The notes below the pieces were generated by a model, which had not been told where the DNA came from, ran no database searches, and saw nothing but the letters and a program-made list of their open reading frames with translations. A stretch of 64,000 nucleotides of DNA from Squalus acanthias (taxonomy: Eukaryota). The stretch is from contig CM059426.1 in the NCBI GenBank assembly GCA_030390025.1, forward strand, positions 200,942,001-201,006,000, given 5' to 3'. Numbering within the stretch: position 1 is the stretch's first letter; each line of letters starts with the position of its first letter. Made by a program: the position numbers and the translations under genes. Shown here piece by piece: positions 1 through 13,660 of the stretch.

Positions 1-19
1 TGGTACAGCTCCTCAGCTT
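1..19 (-). CDS. NRG1: Neuregulin juxtamembrane/transmembrane exon, 5' part (truncated by window edge): (E/K/Q)AEELYQ
   Basis: Minus strand reads gttttctgcttctctcttcag|aagctgaggagctgtacca: polypyrimidine tract, AG, phase 1, encoding AEELYQ as in NRG1/NRG2 'AEELYQKRVLTIT'. Confidence 0.93.
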
Positions 20-3000
20 CTGAAGAGAGAAGCAGAAAACAGCAGGTTAGAGCCCGAGGCTTGCCGTGTAGCCAACATGCCATGAAAATGCAATCATTTA
101 GCTCCGTTGATGAGGAGAAATTGCTCATAGTTTCCATTTTCCACCTGCTTTCTGCTCTCAATGGCAATTAAAACGCACAAAATGGAAACTCACGGCAATT
201 TAAAAAAAAAGGCAATTCCCAGCTTACGCTAAGCTTTCTGTTTACTTAATTTTTTTGGATTCATGCTGTGCCTCAGTAGAAATGTACAACAGACGTGGTT
301 TTCTACCTTAAGCTGTTTTTTTTTCATTGTAGCCGTGGTATCTGCACTGATGACCACAGGCGTCGGTGACCAAAAAGAAACATGCCAGGACACATGCTGA
401 GACCCGTCTAAATGACAAATATCTGACCTCTTCCGAGATCTGTCTGTCTTTTAAAAATGTGCACAGCTTCATATATTTAAATACGTGCCAATCTTCTCGA
501 TCCTAAATGTCACTCCAAGCATTTCCTGTAATAACCATGTGTGCCTTTTCCAATCAAGAAACACATCCATGTTGCATTTGTTTCAAGTCTTCTACTCAAG
601 CACAGGATTAAACTGATTAATAGAAAACTAGAAGTATTATATAAGCCAAACATTGCCTTTTTGAACTCCTGCAGTACAACTTTAAAAAAAAATCTTGACA
701 ATTATACATAAAACTGGAGTTAAATTGTTATTGGGTTATTACTCATTGATGTTTCCTGCAGCATAAATAATGCCCAATATTAGATATATTTATAGTCAAC
801 CCATTGCTCTATGCGCTAAGAAATATGCAAATGCTTGAAAAGATTTATTTGCCAAATTTTACTTCCTCACCTCCTCCTTGGAGCTGGCTTCATGAGCCTT
901 GGATCAGCCAAGAGGGAAGGGCAGCAGTTGTTAAAGAAACAATCTTTTTAAACCTTGTTCAGTGGGAAGTTTTCACCCCCCCCCCCCCCCACAACTTGAG
1001 TTAACATCACTGACAGAGAAACATCACTGAGTAAAACACCTTTGAGGTAAATTTCAGAACAGAGGCCAGCTGACAGGACTAGGAATGTTTTCATCATTAC
1101 AGTTAAAATAGAAATCATTTATTTTTTTACAACGGTCTGTTATTAAAATGATTATGGAAAATCAGTACAAAAATCTGAAGTTTCTCCCAAGCTAGATCGG
1201 CTTCCTTTAAAGAAACAAAAGCCAGATATATATGCGATATCTGTAGCACATAATGGGAAATAAGATGCATAACGTTCAGGAAAACAAAAGCATCAATCAA
1301 GATTAGAGCTAGATCGTGGGACAAAATGCCGATGATTGGCAGGCACTTTGGACCTTAAGGCATGGCCGACTTGTGTCTGTTGCAAGGCAGACCTTCAGAA
1401 GCTCAGTGAAGGGTCCATCTAATTCCTGCGGTTTCTTGCGCAGGTGACATTGATAAGTCTCCCGGATTAGCCAGATTTGTTCTGCATTTATTATTTCATT
1501 CTGACAATAGATATAATTTGGGGGATTTAAAAAAGGAGTAGAGAACAAAGCTGGGGAGCGAATCACGAGAGAGACGCGACTAAAAGCTACAGCATAAGTA
1601 TGCGGAACAATTTAGCGGGTACAGGGACTGTGCAAAAACTTCAAATTCTTCCTGATTTTCACTCGTACAAAGGAGTAACATTTTCTCAACAGCTGGATGT
1701 GGTTTTTTGTTTACATTATTAGCATGGTTTGTGTCTTCTCCTGTATAGCTGGCCAATAGCCATCCTGCTATTTACAACAACAACATGGGACAGTCACGAC
1801 AGATGGGTCAACACCAAGTCCATACAAGACCAAACATCAATTCAACTGGAATTGTTCTGGAAAACTAGTTTCGCCAAAGCAGCGAATGATCTTTTTTTTA
1901 AAAAAAGGGAAAGAAAAAGGATGCCAGAAGGGTAGAGATTTTGATTTTAAAAAGTAGTTTCAGGTTAAGGAGTCAACAATAGGCCTGGCATAGCATGCTT
2001 GATAGTGGAAAATAAAATAGAGAAACACTTGGGAAAAGAGGGTGACTGAAGCAAAGTGCGAAGGGATGTCCCACACAACATAACCACCGACTGACTGAAC
2101 CAGCACAAAAATTAATCACGAGTTACTTGGGTACTTTTGAAATGATAAAAAATATAACGATAAAGATAAAAGTGAAGATGATTTCAATCAAATTAGAGTT
2201 CAGTCTGCTTTAAGCATTTGTTTGCTTCCTTCATTCGCAGTCAGACTATGGGCTAGTTGTGAATAGTAAGATTTTGGTTTAGATGAATACAGTGAATCTT
2301 TCCATATTATGAGTGCAAATGACCTTACCAGAATATTTACAAAGTACTGGTTTAAGTTAAAATGGCTGCACATTTTCCAACTATCTTTTTAATTATCTTG
2401 CCATTTATTTTTTTAAACTTTTTCATTGTGGTTCAACTAATAATATATTTCACGTAGAATTCCCTCCCTCAATTAAAAGCAATTCCAATTTATACAGATT
2501 CCAAAAGTCTCTTTGAGTGAACACTTTCTTTCAAATTGTTGTGCTTACACATCCCAGAGTTGGGCTTATAACCCCCCCCACCCACCACCTCCCAGAGTAG
2601 CCTACGGACCTGTAGTTAAATCAATTAATTTACTTCCTGAAGATCCACTTACAGGCCTATCGCCACAGTCAAAAGTTGTATTTAAAATGTCTTCAATTAA
2701 ACACAGCATTCGATAAATGTCTTGTACAATTCTTCTGGACCTGAAGGCCTCTATGTAAAAGAGGAAGGAATCTGTATCATTTATCTGTTGTTTCGCCATT
2801 GTTTGCAGTTCCAGATTTTTGGGGAAGGATGTGTGTTGATGGCCTTGTCCTGTACAGCAGCACTAATCAACTACATACGCTCAAGGCCAGTTCATCTGGG
2901 AACACCATGTTCCTCCCTTGACAGCAAAATGGGAATCCGGAAGCGGATTGCCATCATGCACTGGGGGGCTTGCTACAGCCCTGAAAGGGGTTAAAAAAAA

Positions 3001-3146
3001 ATTAACAGACATGAATTAGGCTCTGGATTCATATGCTCGTTTAATTGCAAGACGGTTTTATTTTCAAAGTGGGATCAAATTGGCCCCAATAAGTGGCCAT
3101 TATCTTGAGCTGGCAATAAATGTTTTAACTTATAGTTAAATTACAC

Positions 3147-3171
3147 GGGGGGGGGGGGGGGGGGGGGGGGG
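3147..3171 (+). repeat. Poly-G homopolymer (others near 12758-12775, 28955-28971, 50738-50752)
   Basis: Direct reading. Confidence 0.9.
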
Positions 3172-4142
3172 AGAGCGGCGGGGGAGGAAGGCCTTTTGAA
3201 TTCTCCAGCGCAGCAGTCTTTTGGTCAACGAGCAAAAGCCAGAGATTTGAACATATGAAAGAACTCTCTGTCTCAAGAACCCTGCCAGCCAGTAAAGATC
3301 GCTTTCTATTATCACAATCTTCAGCCAGAAATATCATTTACTTTTTACAAGAATATTTATTATCCCTATAAATTGAGCCCAATTCCATCCGTAGCACTGC
3401 TCGACCACTCTCACTGGCAGGTCACAAGTTCTGCTCCTCGACTTTGAGGCTTTTAGCGTCTAACTTGTTTGTTCTGGATTCAAGTGGTTTGAAATACCAG
3501 CTAAATTGCAAAGAGTTTACAAAATGTAAGTGGCATTCAGCCAAAGGGGAAAGGAGGGGTTCAAAATTCGATGTCACATTCGGCATTGTTGGGTGCTTTG
3601 AATATTTTGTTAGATCACTTTGGGAGCTGGTATTGTGAATGCACGTTAGAATGAAGGCTGTCAGGTTTTATATTTTGGATATAAAATCAGTCTTAAAATT
3701 ATTTTCTGTTACAGTGTCTGCCATTTTAGAAACCATGCCTATGCAGTTTATTCCTTGCTTTGCGACACTGAAAAATGTGACTTGAGAAATAAATGGCAGA
3801 AATACGCGTGCGGACTCCAAGGAAGAGAGCATGTTAGAATTTTACTGTAACTCATTCAGGAGAGATTTCGCCTTTAATAACTGCATTGGCTATTGCTTTT
3901 CGCTCATTCAAATCATTACATTAAATTAAAATATTGGCCTTGAATTTAGTAAAAGAATGCATCAGGAATAATCAACCTACCTCATAAAGCTAGCATTCAA
4001 ATGCACTTATCAAACAATCGGTGGACTATTTTTGTGGCAGTCTTTTAAAAGTTATTGCGTGGAGATTTGTTTTGAATTGATTTAACAAAAAAATACTCTA
4101 AGGAGGTTGACACTAAAGGTGATGGAAGCCAAATCCAACTCT

Positions 4143-4225
4143 AGGCTGTGCAATGGAGTTGAAGTACAGATCAGCCATGATCTAATTGAATGGTGGAGCA
4201 GGCTCGAGGGGGCTGAATGGCCTAC
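4143..4225 (+). mobile_element. CR1 3' UTR fragment
   Basis: gatcagccatgatctaattgaatggtggagcaggctcgaggggctgaatggcctactc matches 33650-33715. Confidence 0.65.
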
Positions 4226-4480
4226 TCCGGTTCTACGAATCAAACTTCAATGGCTGCGGCTTGGAAGAGGCGGAAGGTCCGTTCCCCCCTTTTTTCTTTT
4301 CATTTTCTGCTTGCTACCCACAAAAGGTGCGGCCAAGTGGCAGACAGGCTGTTATGGCTGGATCATCCCTTCCAAAAGCAACAGGAGTGGGGAGGGGAGA
4401 AGAAACTGAGTTAGGAATTGAAGGCAGGTCATAGCTGTCAGGTTTTATTCTGCAGATTAAAAGGAATGATTTGTCCATAC

Positions 4481-4504
4481 CCATAAATTCAATTCCAAGA
4501 TGCT
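4481..4504 (-). CDS. NRG1: NRG1 linker '1' microexon (24 nt), KHLGIEFM(E)
   Basis: ctttctgcattggcag|agcatcttggaattgaatttatgg|gtatgg; frame-preserving phase 1-1; peptide matches the recalled human beta1 linker KHLGIEFME. Confidence 0.96.
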
Positions 4505-6714
4505 CTGCCAATGCAGAAAGTTGACAAAAAAAAGAAAGAAAAAAAAAGGGAAAAAAAGTTTCAGAGAAGAGCAGTACAACATACTGGGAAAAAAAATCAC
4601 ACAAGTAACATGATTAGCCTGTGCTTGCACACGAGAGACAATGATGAGTGGCAACATTCCAGAGGAGACAGTGCTCACATAAGCTGCTTTATCGTGGTGC
4701 AAAGTGCATGCTTTCCAAAGAGAGACAACGCATCTATATAAGCACTAGGAGAAAAAAAAAACTGAAGGTTTGAAAATACAGAAGGCAATTCAATTAGCTG
4801 GAGGAATAAAACATAAGAAACCTTTCTGGTAATGATGCAAAGACATTTTGGGGGATATTAAGCTATAATATCAACCCTTTTTTTGGGGAGGTATTGGGTT
4901 GTCTTTCACTTCAGGGAGGTAAAAACGATGCCTTTCATGATTTATCTGAACTTCACAAAATAGTTTACTGGCTTGATATCTGACTTTGTTCCGATGGGTT
5001 CAGGCACAGTAAAAAAAAAGATTGAAAAAATTACAATACTTATGCCCAAGGCACCGAATTGTCAATAACAGGGACATTTTAAGGAGTGAGATTTCCGATC
5101 AGAAAAAAATGTTCTGCACAGCATGATATTTATTTTCAGTGAGATACATCAAAAGATGTCGCTTTGTTTTCAATTCAAAGGGTGTCGTCTGCCCCAGTCC
5201 AAATGATGAAGATTTGCCTGAAGGATGTCAAGTGAAGCTTTAAATTCAGCGTGTTTGCCATAGCTGAATATTTTTGGCACTCGCCCCCAACACAAATCAT
5301 TTAAATATCCTGAAAATCCAGTTTGCTTGATCAGTCGCAATGAGGCAAAAACTATCAGCCGGCGTGAAGTGCATTTTAAAACACATCAGTTCAGATAACT
5401 TCAGAAAGGCACCGTATAAACCAATTATTATTTGAAATTTAAAATCGATGATCTTGGAAAGAATTTCCTTTCAAAGCATAAAATATTACTCCGGCAGAAA
5501 AAAAAATGACTGCACAAAAACAAAAAGTGATTTCAAAATGTCAATGCTCGCCTAGTTTTTGCCTTAAGGGATAAATCTGACGGATTAAACTTCAGTTTCC
5601 TCAGATGGAACTGGTACTGCAGTCCTGCATGAGCACCGCTAACAATATACATTAGTCGCGTTGGAAATAGAGAAACAAAGCAAGGGTTAAATAGCGGACA
5701 TGCTCAAGCATGCATATTGCTACACTAATATGGGTGATTTACACTTCTACAAATGTTAGCTAGGACTACAATCACGGGAGAGGAAAATTCATTCATATTA
5801 GGGTTCAGGAGAGGGTCTGCAAAATTGGGGAAAAATATATAGTAATTTCATGAGCTTTAGAATGGGGAATACAATATTAAGGAAGCATGCTCACAACACA
5901 GGAACTTATGGGTTCAGCATGCATCACTCATTCCAGAGACATCTGAACCCTTCACTGAACCCCACCAAGCTACACCATTCACCTAACTTAAAGGATACAG
6001 ACAGTTGCATTAAAGAACTGACTACAGCTATTAAAGTTGTCTGGTTCCTGTCAGGCTACCACTTAAAATATTTTCTACCTCGTAAACTCCTAGAAATTGG
6101 CTTTCTAACTGAGATATGAGCGCAACATGACAGTAACGATGCCCAGTACTAGAGGGGCGATTCAGTTTGCGTTCAATTTTTTTCAATCTTAAACTTAAAA
6201 ACAGCAAAATATTTAATTCTCTATTTCAGACATTAACTTAGCCAGCAGGGCAATCCTGGCAGTGATACAGGGTGCAGAACATTTGCTGGAATCGACACAC
6301 TGAAGGAAAATTCTGCTTCTCGATTGCCACTGTCTAAAACTCCATTCAGATTGACCTGGCAGCAGACTTCAGAGCTATTGACACTAAAATCTATAGAACC
6401 CGCAATTTAACAATTCAGCTATTTGCAAAATGTCAACAGACATCATTATTGTGTGAAACCTTACAGTACTTGCACACTGGAGAGTTACTACATGGTATGG
6501 TCGTGTTAAAACGTGAATGGGAGGGGTGTTTTGATATTCAGTACAGTGGCATTCCACGCAGGGTGAAAGGAGGTTAAAGGGTGGGGGGTTATTGGACCAG
6601 AATGTGCAACAAAATTCTGTCCTTATTTTTATATTAACATTATAAGTTCCTACGTCCACATTTATAATGGGAATGGTCCATGTCAAATTTAATACACTGT
6701 AATGACACGCTCCG

Positions 6715-7254
6715 ACCACACTCCTGGCCGGCCTCCCACGTTGTACCCTACATAAACTTGAGGTCATCCAAAACTCGGCTGCCCGTGTCCTAACTCGCAC
6801 CAAGTCCCGTTCACCCATCACCCCTGTGCTCGCTGACCTACATCGGCTCCCAGTTAAACAACACCTCGATTTCAAAATTCTCATCCTTGTTTTCAAATCC
6901 CTCGCCCCTCCCTATCTCTGTAATCTCCTCCAGCCCCCAAGATATCTGCGCTCCTCTAATTCTGCCCCCTTGAGCATCCCTGATTATAATCGCTCAACCA
7001 CTGGTGGCCGTGCCTTCTGTTGCCTAGGCCCTAAGCTCTGGAATTCCCTGCCTAAACCTCTCCGCCTCTCTAACTCTCTTTCCTCCTTTAAGTCGCTCCT
7101 TAAAACCTACCTCTTTGACCAAGCTTTTGGTCACCTGCCCTAATTTCTCCTTATGTGGCTCGGTGTCAAATTTTTTTGTCTTATAATACTCCTGTGCAGC
7201 GCCTTGGGACGTTTTACTACGTTAAAGGCTCTATATAAAGACAAGTTGTTGTTG
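6715..7254 (+). mobile_element. L2 LINE 3' fragment
   Basis: ORF2 C-terminal peptide LADLHRLPVKQHLDFKILILVFKS...GGRAFCCLGPKLWNSLP...LKTYLF and (gtt)n tail. Confidence 0.85.
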
Positions 7255-7964
7255 TATAGTGTCTACACTGGGGGGAGGGTGTAATGACAGTGTAACAGGT
7301 TCACATAAGCAGTTCCCATCATAAATGTGGACACAAGAATTTATAATGGCATATTAGAAGTGCATGCAGATGCAAGACTTTTATTATATTAATAGACAAA
7401 TGGCTTAATGGGAGCTGTGCTGGGTCAGGATAAAGTTAAGTAATGAAATGTGGGTGAAAAAAAACTTGAATGCTATCAGAAGGAACAGTGGAGTAGATGG
7501 CCATGCATAGCTCAAATAATTCCTGTATGTGTCCATCAGAAACAATTGGACCCATGCTCTATCTGTCAAAAAGGTTTGTTTGGAAAAATAAATAAACACA
7601 GGTTCGGCGCTCTGGAATGCGCAATTTAGGAATTATCAGCAGCATTTGGCTGAAGCTAGTGAGCTCTTATCATATCCTCTTCCCTTTGTTTTTTATAATA
7701 ACACACTTGTTGGGCATTCAATGGAATGCATATTGCCTGAGGCTGTGTCAGAGCAACACAACGTTCTGTCTATGAGGCTACAGGAAGATTGGAGTTACAG
7801 TATCGTGCTTTCGGAAGGCGAGATGTCTGAGCTGTTGTTTCCTTCATGACACTATCAGCATTCCTTAATGCTTCCTCAGTGTGTTATTCAGATACCGGCC
7901 AGTCTGCAGCGCTGGGCCTGATGCACAGTTTCATGCTGGCCAACTAACCTTTTTTGCATTCGTT

Positions 7965-8122
7965 ATGCTGGAACTCTCTACCCAATGCCATCGTGGAGGC
8001 ACCATCACCCCAAGGGTCGCAGCGGGTCAAGGAGAAAACCCACCACCACCACCTTCTCAGGGCAACTAGGGATGGGCAATAAATGCCAACATCGCTCATA
8101 TCCCACGAACAAAACAAAAAAT
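7965..8122 (+). mobile_element. 3' tail fragment of the same LINE family as 17370-17800
   Basis: ctggaactctctaccc...ccaccaccttctcagggcaactagggatgggcaataaatgcc. Confidence 0.6.
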
Positions 8123-10130
8123 CAGAATCCTTTCCAAGTAAACAGGGTAGGGGAGAGATTTAAAGGTGCTTTTAGTGAGTAATGTAAAGTTTCACATTGA
8201 TATAGTGATTTACCAATAGCCGAGAGACCAAATATTAAAAATATTCTCCCTCTGCGTTTTTCCTCTTTACCACCAAAAATGTAAACTAACATAATATACG
8301 TCAATCACTTTTTCACCACCAATCACTTTCATATTTGTGATAAAGCTGAGAGCTAAAGGGATGATGGAGGATCTTATGTAAATTTGGAAGTTGGAAATGT
8401 TCTTGCAAAAGGGCCGTACTGATTCTCCCATGGAGGGGGCTATCTTCTGCTCTAAGTAATATTATAGATTTGGAACTCTGCGAAGACCCAGTGAGTCTGG
8501 GGTAAATTCTCCAGTTCAATCCTATCCCACTTCATATCCTGATCTGCAGATAGCTATGACTGTTTCCAAACATTGTATTTTGCCACTCTTCACTTACAAT
8601 GATAGTCTGCTCGTGATGCTCATCTCAAGATTGATTTCTGCACACTCATCTCAAGCAGTGTTCTCTCTCTCCCCATCCAAATCCTACTGTTTCTCTTCCT
8701 CTTCCCCCCCCCACCCCGCACCCCTTTCCCTCACAGACTCTCTCCCTCTACATCTCCTTTTCCTTCACTGTCTTTTTCTCGCTCTCTCTTTCCCCTTCCC
8801 AGTACTTCTCTCTTTCTTTCCCTTCCTCTCCTGATCTTTCTCTTTTCTCTCTCCTCCTCCCTCCCAGTGCTTCTATCGCTTTCCCTTTCCCTCTGGTTCT
8901 TTATCTCTCTCTGTGACCCCCATCCCCCCATCTGTTCTCCCCATCTCATGCCATATGCACAGCAAGAACTCTTCCATAGGAAAACTTCCACTAAAACAGA
9001 CATCTTCCATCCCTGAAGCATTATCTTTTACATTTGCCTCCTTCCTTTGGACCACGCGGGGCCCATAATATAAAGCAGCTTGAGCATTAGGAGTATAAAT
9101 GATTCAGTTGCATGTCAGATTACTGACTGGTGAGAGAATCCCTTTAAATAAGTGACATTCCTCTCCAATCCTAGGTGGTATCCTCAAATCAAACAAGGAT
9201 CCATCAGTCTGGATCAGTGGGAGCCATTTGCAAGTCCCGATAAGGATTCTTCTGTCCATTATTTCACAATCTCGCTGTCTATTCTGCTAATCTAAACACC
9301 AAAATATCACTGCAATAAATCGTGGCACAAGGGAGCCTGTTTTTCTTTAAACTGTCAAAACACTGCCTATTCTCCTGTCTTGTTTGTATTTCTCAGTTGC
9401 TGAAGGTCCTGATTATGCTGCCAAGTCTGCTACTGTTAGAACAGAGCTGTAGACATATATCTTGTTCTTTTGGTCATTGATTTCAAAAAGGATCGGATCC
9501 ATCCATTAGGAAATCCAGTTTTAATCGTATTTGAATCGAGCGCTGTGCAAATATCTAGGAGCTTTGTGTAATGTGAGCTCAACACCTTCACTCTGTGTCA
9601 CAATCTCTCTCGTTGCCCCTCTGCACACACCAGTAAGAAATCTCTGACACAGGGGTTGGGCTGATCTGCACAATCCTTGGATGCCCAGATTCCTCCCTAC
9701 AATTACCCCCACAGCATCAAAGGTACGACCCGTTATGAATATTTTTTGCCCCTTTTCCTGGACTCCTTTGACTGTTACTAAAGGGCTGACTTTTAATTTC
9801 TGGCAGTGGCAGGAAAACGGGCGATAACAGGTCGACTGCCCGTTTGACACCCTGCCCGGTGGGCAGCCAATCCGCTCCCACCCGTTTCGCGCCTCTGCTG
9901 AAGTTGAATTTCACCCCAATGACTTAATTGGTGACGTTAATGCTTCTCCTGTCCATTCTACTTCTCCAAATACCACCGTCCCTGCTTCTGAACATCCCTT
10001 TAATACAGTGCATTAACCCTGCACATCCTCATGTCTTTCAGGTTAAGACTGCCTACTCCTGCTCCTATTTTTCTATGTTTCTTTCTATGTTTCTATGTCA
10101 CTCTCTGAGATCAGAAAATACTACTCTTCA

Positions 10131-10700
10131 TTGAATCATTACCGCACAAAAACAGACCATTCTGCCCATAAACTCCACCCGAGTATTTTTCTCTATATGA
10201 ACAACCTAGTCTATAATGCCACTTTCCTGCTTGCTCCCTACCCTTAATATTGCACCCAGTCTAATCCCATTCTCCCGCTCGCTCCCCATACCCTTTGATA
10301 TCCCACCCAGTCCAATCCCATATTCTTGCTCGCTCCCCGTACCTTTAATATCCCACCCTCTCTAATCCCACTCTCCTGCTTACTCTCCATACCCTGTAAT
10401 ATTCCTCTTTTTTAAGCAACTATCCAGTTCACTCATAAAACAATTTATGGATTCTGCTTTGACACCAGTTTGTGGCAGAGAATTCCATAATCTCCCCAGC
10501 CTCTGCATTAAGATTTTTTTTCTAGCCTCCCCTTCAATTCTTTTTGTGATTATCTTCAAGTTGTGCCCGCTCATTACCACCTTGCCACTCCAGCAGAAAC
10601 AATCCATCACTGTGCACTTTTTCATAACCCGTCATGATCTCGAAGACTTTTATCAGGTTGCCCCTTACTCGGCTGCAGTGAAAAAGCCTCAATTTCTCAT
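10131..10700 (-). mobile_element. CR1 LINE 3' fragment with internal ~50-bp tandem duplications
   Basis: GHNLKIITKRIEGEARKKILMQRLGRLWNSLPQ; 10215-10400 repeats cccacccagtctaatcccattctcccgctcgctccccatacc. Confidence 0.7.
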
Positions 10701-11264
10701 CGCTCTCTCTCTCTCTTGAACTTGTAGCTCATTATCCTTTTCCATTGCTTTTCTACCCTTCCTTAAAATGGGGCACCCAGAATGGATTTCTAATTCCTTT
10801 GGCATCAGTTACATCACTCCATACCTGCAAACCTTTGTACTTCAGGAAACATCCACTGTCCTAATGTCGTGACAATGCGCACAATTTTTCTTCTTGTGCA
10901 TCTCCTCAGCACATCATTATTGACACCTCACATCTCTCCTCTGGCCAGGGGGAGGGAAAAGCAGGCTGAAGGATGCTTTGCGGCTTCTTGCTTGGCAGAC
11001 TGATTGATGCAGGTCAAAAGGAGCGCAGGAAATGGAATGAGATGGAGAAGACGTTGGGGGTTCCTCCTGCACAAGGGGATGACCCAAAAAAGGGCCTAAC
11101 AGAGAACTAAAGGAATCCATCACCCATAGTGAGAAGTGTGATGGATTCCTTTAACATGGATTCCTTGGGCCCCTGGTTGGACTCTTTGACCATAAATCTT
11201 TACAGAAAAATGACATTTTCCTGTCATTTGTTCCCATTCCCTTTTCTTACCGATCCTTAGATAT

Positions 11265-11480
11265 GGGAAACATTGGGAAGGCAGCATTTATTGGGAATCC
11301 TTAGTTTCTCTGAGGGAATGAAGAATCAACCCTGTGGTGTGGGACTGGCGTCACATGTTGGCCAGACCAGGTAAGGGTGGCAGACTCCCTTTCCTGAAGG
11401 ACATTAGTGAACCAGTTGGTATTTTACTGCAATCTGGGCACTTTCATGGTCACTTTCTGATGCCAGCCCTCAAATAAACA
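11265..11480 (-). mobile_element. Decayed copy of the 63600 SINE family
   Basis: ggtaagggtggcagactccctttcctgaaggacattagtgaaccag is the reverse complement of the SINE body. Confidence 0.6.
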
Positions 11481-12769
11481 TATATCAGAGTATTATCGTG
11501 ATTATTGTGTTATTGTTTTTAAGGGACTGGAAGAGTACACTTCTTCAGCACCAATCTTGGTGCTCAAACAGTTAACCCTGCCCCTGATGTTTCCCTGACT
11601 CTCACATATTAAAGTTGTATCCTTCCTTTAACTCTTGTCTATTTCAACCTATAATGATTCACAGTTCCAACAATAAATTGGAAGAATCACATCCTTGCTT
11701 ACTCCTCCAATCTCCTTCTTTGGCCTCCTCTTTGCATCTTTGCCCTGCGGGACTCCAGCCCTCAACTGCAGAATGTGACGGTGACAAAAGCAAACTGCTG
11801 CAAACACGCCGTCTCTCTTTGATCCCGACCGTTCCCCATCTTAGTTTATTCTTCACTCTTCTGGAACGCATCCTGGGCTTTTATTGATTAAGCTGGCGCT
11901 AAACAAGAGGCTTGAGGTGATTTGTAATGCCACAGAAAATGGTCTTTCACTCTTCCATCAGTCGCCATTGTGTTTGTTTCATGTAGAGTCACAGATCCTT
12001 AGTTAAGCTGCTGCATAGACGCTGCAGAGCAAGGCATCATCATTTATCTTGCCATCACTATCTGATACCCATTGTGCTTACAGCTATTTTTTGTCAGCGC
12101 CTTTACAGTGGTTTTATATTCCCTGCGGGTCTTCAATGCTACAGTCCCTCACTTTTTGCTACAATTTCATGGCCATACAGTAAATGCCCCCCCACCCCCC
12201 ACCCCAACTCCCTTCCTTCCAAATAACACCGATCATGGGAGTCCTACAGAACAGCTAGCAGGAGTGCTCATATGGGTTCTCTATTTGTGAAGGAGTCATA
12301 AAGCGACTTACATTTGAAGTTGTGATATTTTACAAGGAGTTGTAAAGAGGGTTATCTGTCTGGGCTGGTACATTAAATCTCGGCTGCCTGCTATTCATGT
12401 GCTTTCTTCAAGTTTTCTCCACCGTTTGTCTCCTCTCCTCTCCTGCAGGCACCGACACCTTGCCTTGGGTATGGTTCCACATGCACAAGGCCCCCTCCAG
12501 TGCCTCACCCAAGGGGCAATTATGATTGTGTGCGTGGCTGGCTATTCGACCGTGGAAAGCATCACAGCCGTGCCCAGTCAAGTCTTCACCCAACGTTCAC
12601 TAACCAGAATCTGTTGAGTAGCGAGCAGGAGTTGGATCCCGATCTAATTTTTTCCCACTGGGGGCCAATTGTGGTGCTCCTGCCTAGACGCTGGCTGAAA
12701 TCAGTGGACTCAGCACAGACCGGGGTTTGGGTACGTGACCGTACTGGATAAACTCACTGGGGGGGGGGG

Positions 12770-12905
12770 GGGGGGTTTAGTTTAACTTTTGGCAATGGTA
12801 TAAGATGGTGACTTGAATGGAAAGAAAAATGGGGCGGGTGTACAACGTTCGGCTAATTCGATATCGCCCATCTTACACCATCACCAGAAGTTAAAATGAC
12901 CCCCA
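12770..12905. mobile_element. Short palindromic MITE
   Basis: tttaacttttggcaatggtataagatgg / ccatcttacaccatcaccagaagttaaa. Confidence 0.55.
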
Positions 12906-13055
12906 ATGAGTCATTAAGGGAACACTACATCGTTTCGATTCAAAGAGCTACATGCTACAATGTAACTTTAAGGCAAGTTCTCAAATAATGTTTTTCCTCT
13001 AAGAGCTACATACTGTATCTCCTGATAGTTCCTATCATTTCTGTCTCTAACCATC

Positions 13056-13350
13056 CTGGGTTTGCTGTTCTTATTACTGAACACTATCAGCTATCTCCCA
13101 GTTATCTCTCTTTCGACCTACCTGTATCTCCAATCCTTCTGAGCATCATCATCTATGCCAGCTGTCACCCCCTGGGAACGCTTGCGAATCTACAGTGCTT
13201 ATTATTAACCACCGTCATCTTTCTCCTTGTCAGCTCTCTGTGACCCTTCTGAATCTACAGTCCTTATTATTGAGCAGAATTATCTTTCATCTCATCGTCT
13301 CCTGCATCAGTCCTCAATCTGCAATTCTTATTACTGAACATTATTATCTC
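13056..13350 (+). repeat. Degenerate ~65-bp tandem repeat, about 5 copies
   Basis: gaatctacagt at 13186 and 13251; ttactgaaca at 13074 and 13331. Confidence 0.6.
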
Positions 13351-13613
13351 GGAACCATCACTTGCAATGTGTCAATCTGCCTCCCTTTCACCTTCACGCT
13401 TCTAGAGAACACCATCATCCCCGCCCCATCCACCTCCCTTTCACCTCTGAATCTGCTATCCAGGTCAGCGAACCCTACACTAAACACAGGCCCACAAGAA
13501 CTGCCATTGGCTGCATGCGGGCGCGATGGCTTCAGTCTGTGTCTGCTTTTTGTTCTCTTTTTCGGGGAAGGGGGTACCGTCTGAGCGAAGATGGAGATTT
13601 GGGATTGAGGTGA

Positions 13614-13660
13614 AGCAGCAGTAGCAACAACAACAACAACAGCGGCAGCAGCAGTAGCAG
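13614..13660 (+). repeat. Imperfect CAG/CAA trinucleotide tract (CUG/UUG on the gene strand)
   Basis: gcagcagtagcaacaacaacaacaacagcggcagcagcagtagcag. Confidence 0.8.

Noticed and set aside
871-897. 27-nt AG...GT segment on the minus strand (gctcatgaagccagctccaaggaggag|gtgagg) as a linker microexon
   Set aside because: Has an in-frame TGA in the gene's phase and a poor acceptor context.
1127-1324. Minus-strand ORF near the TM exon as a linker-4-like exon
   Set aside because: No convincing donor and no resemblance to known stalk peptides.
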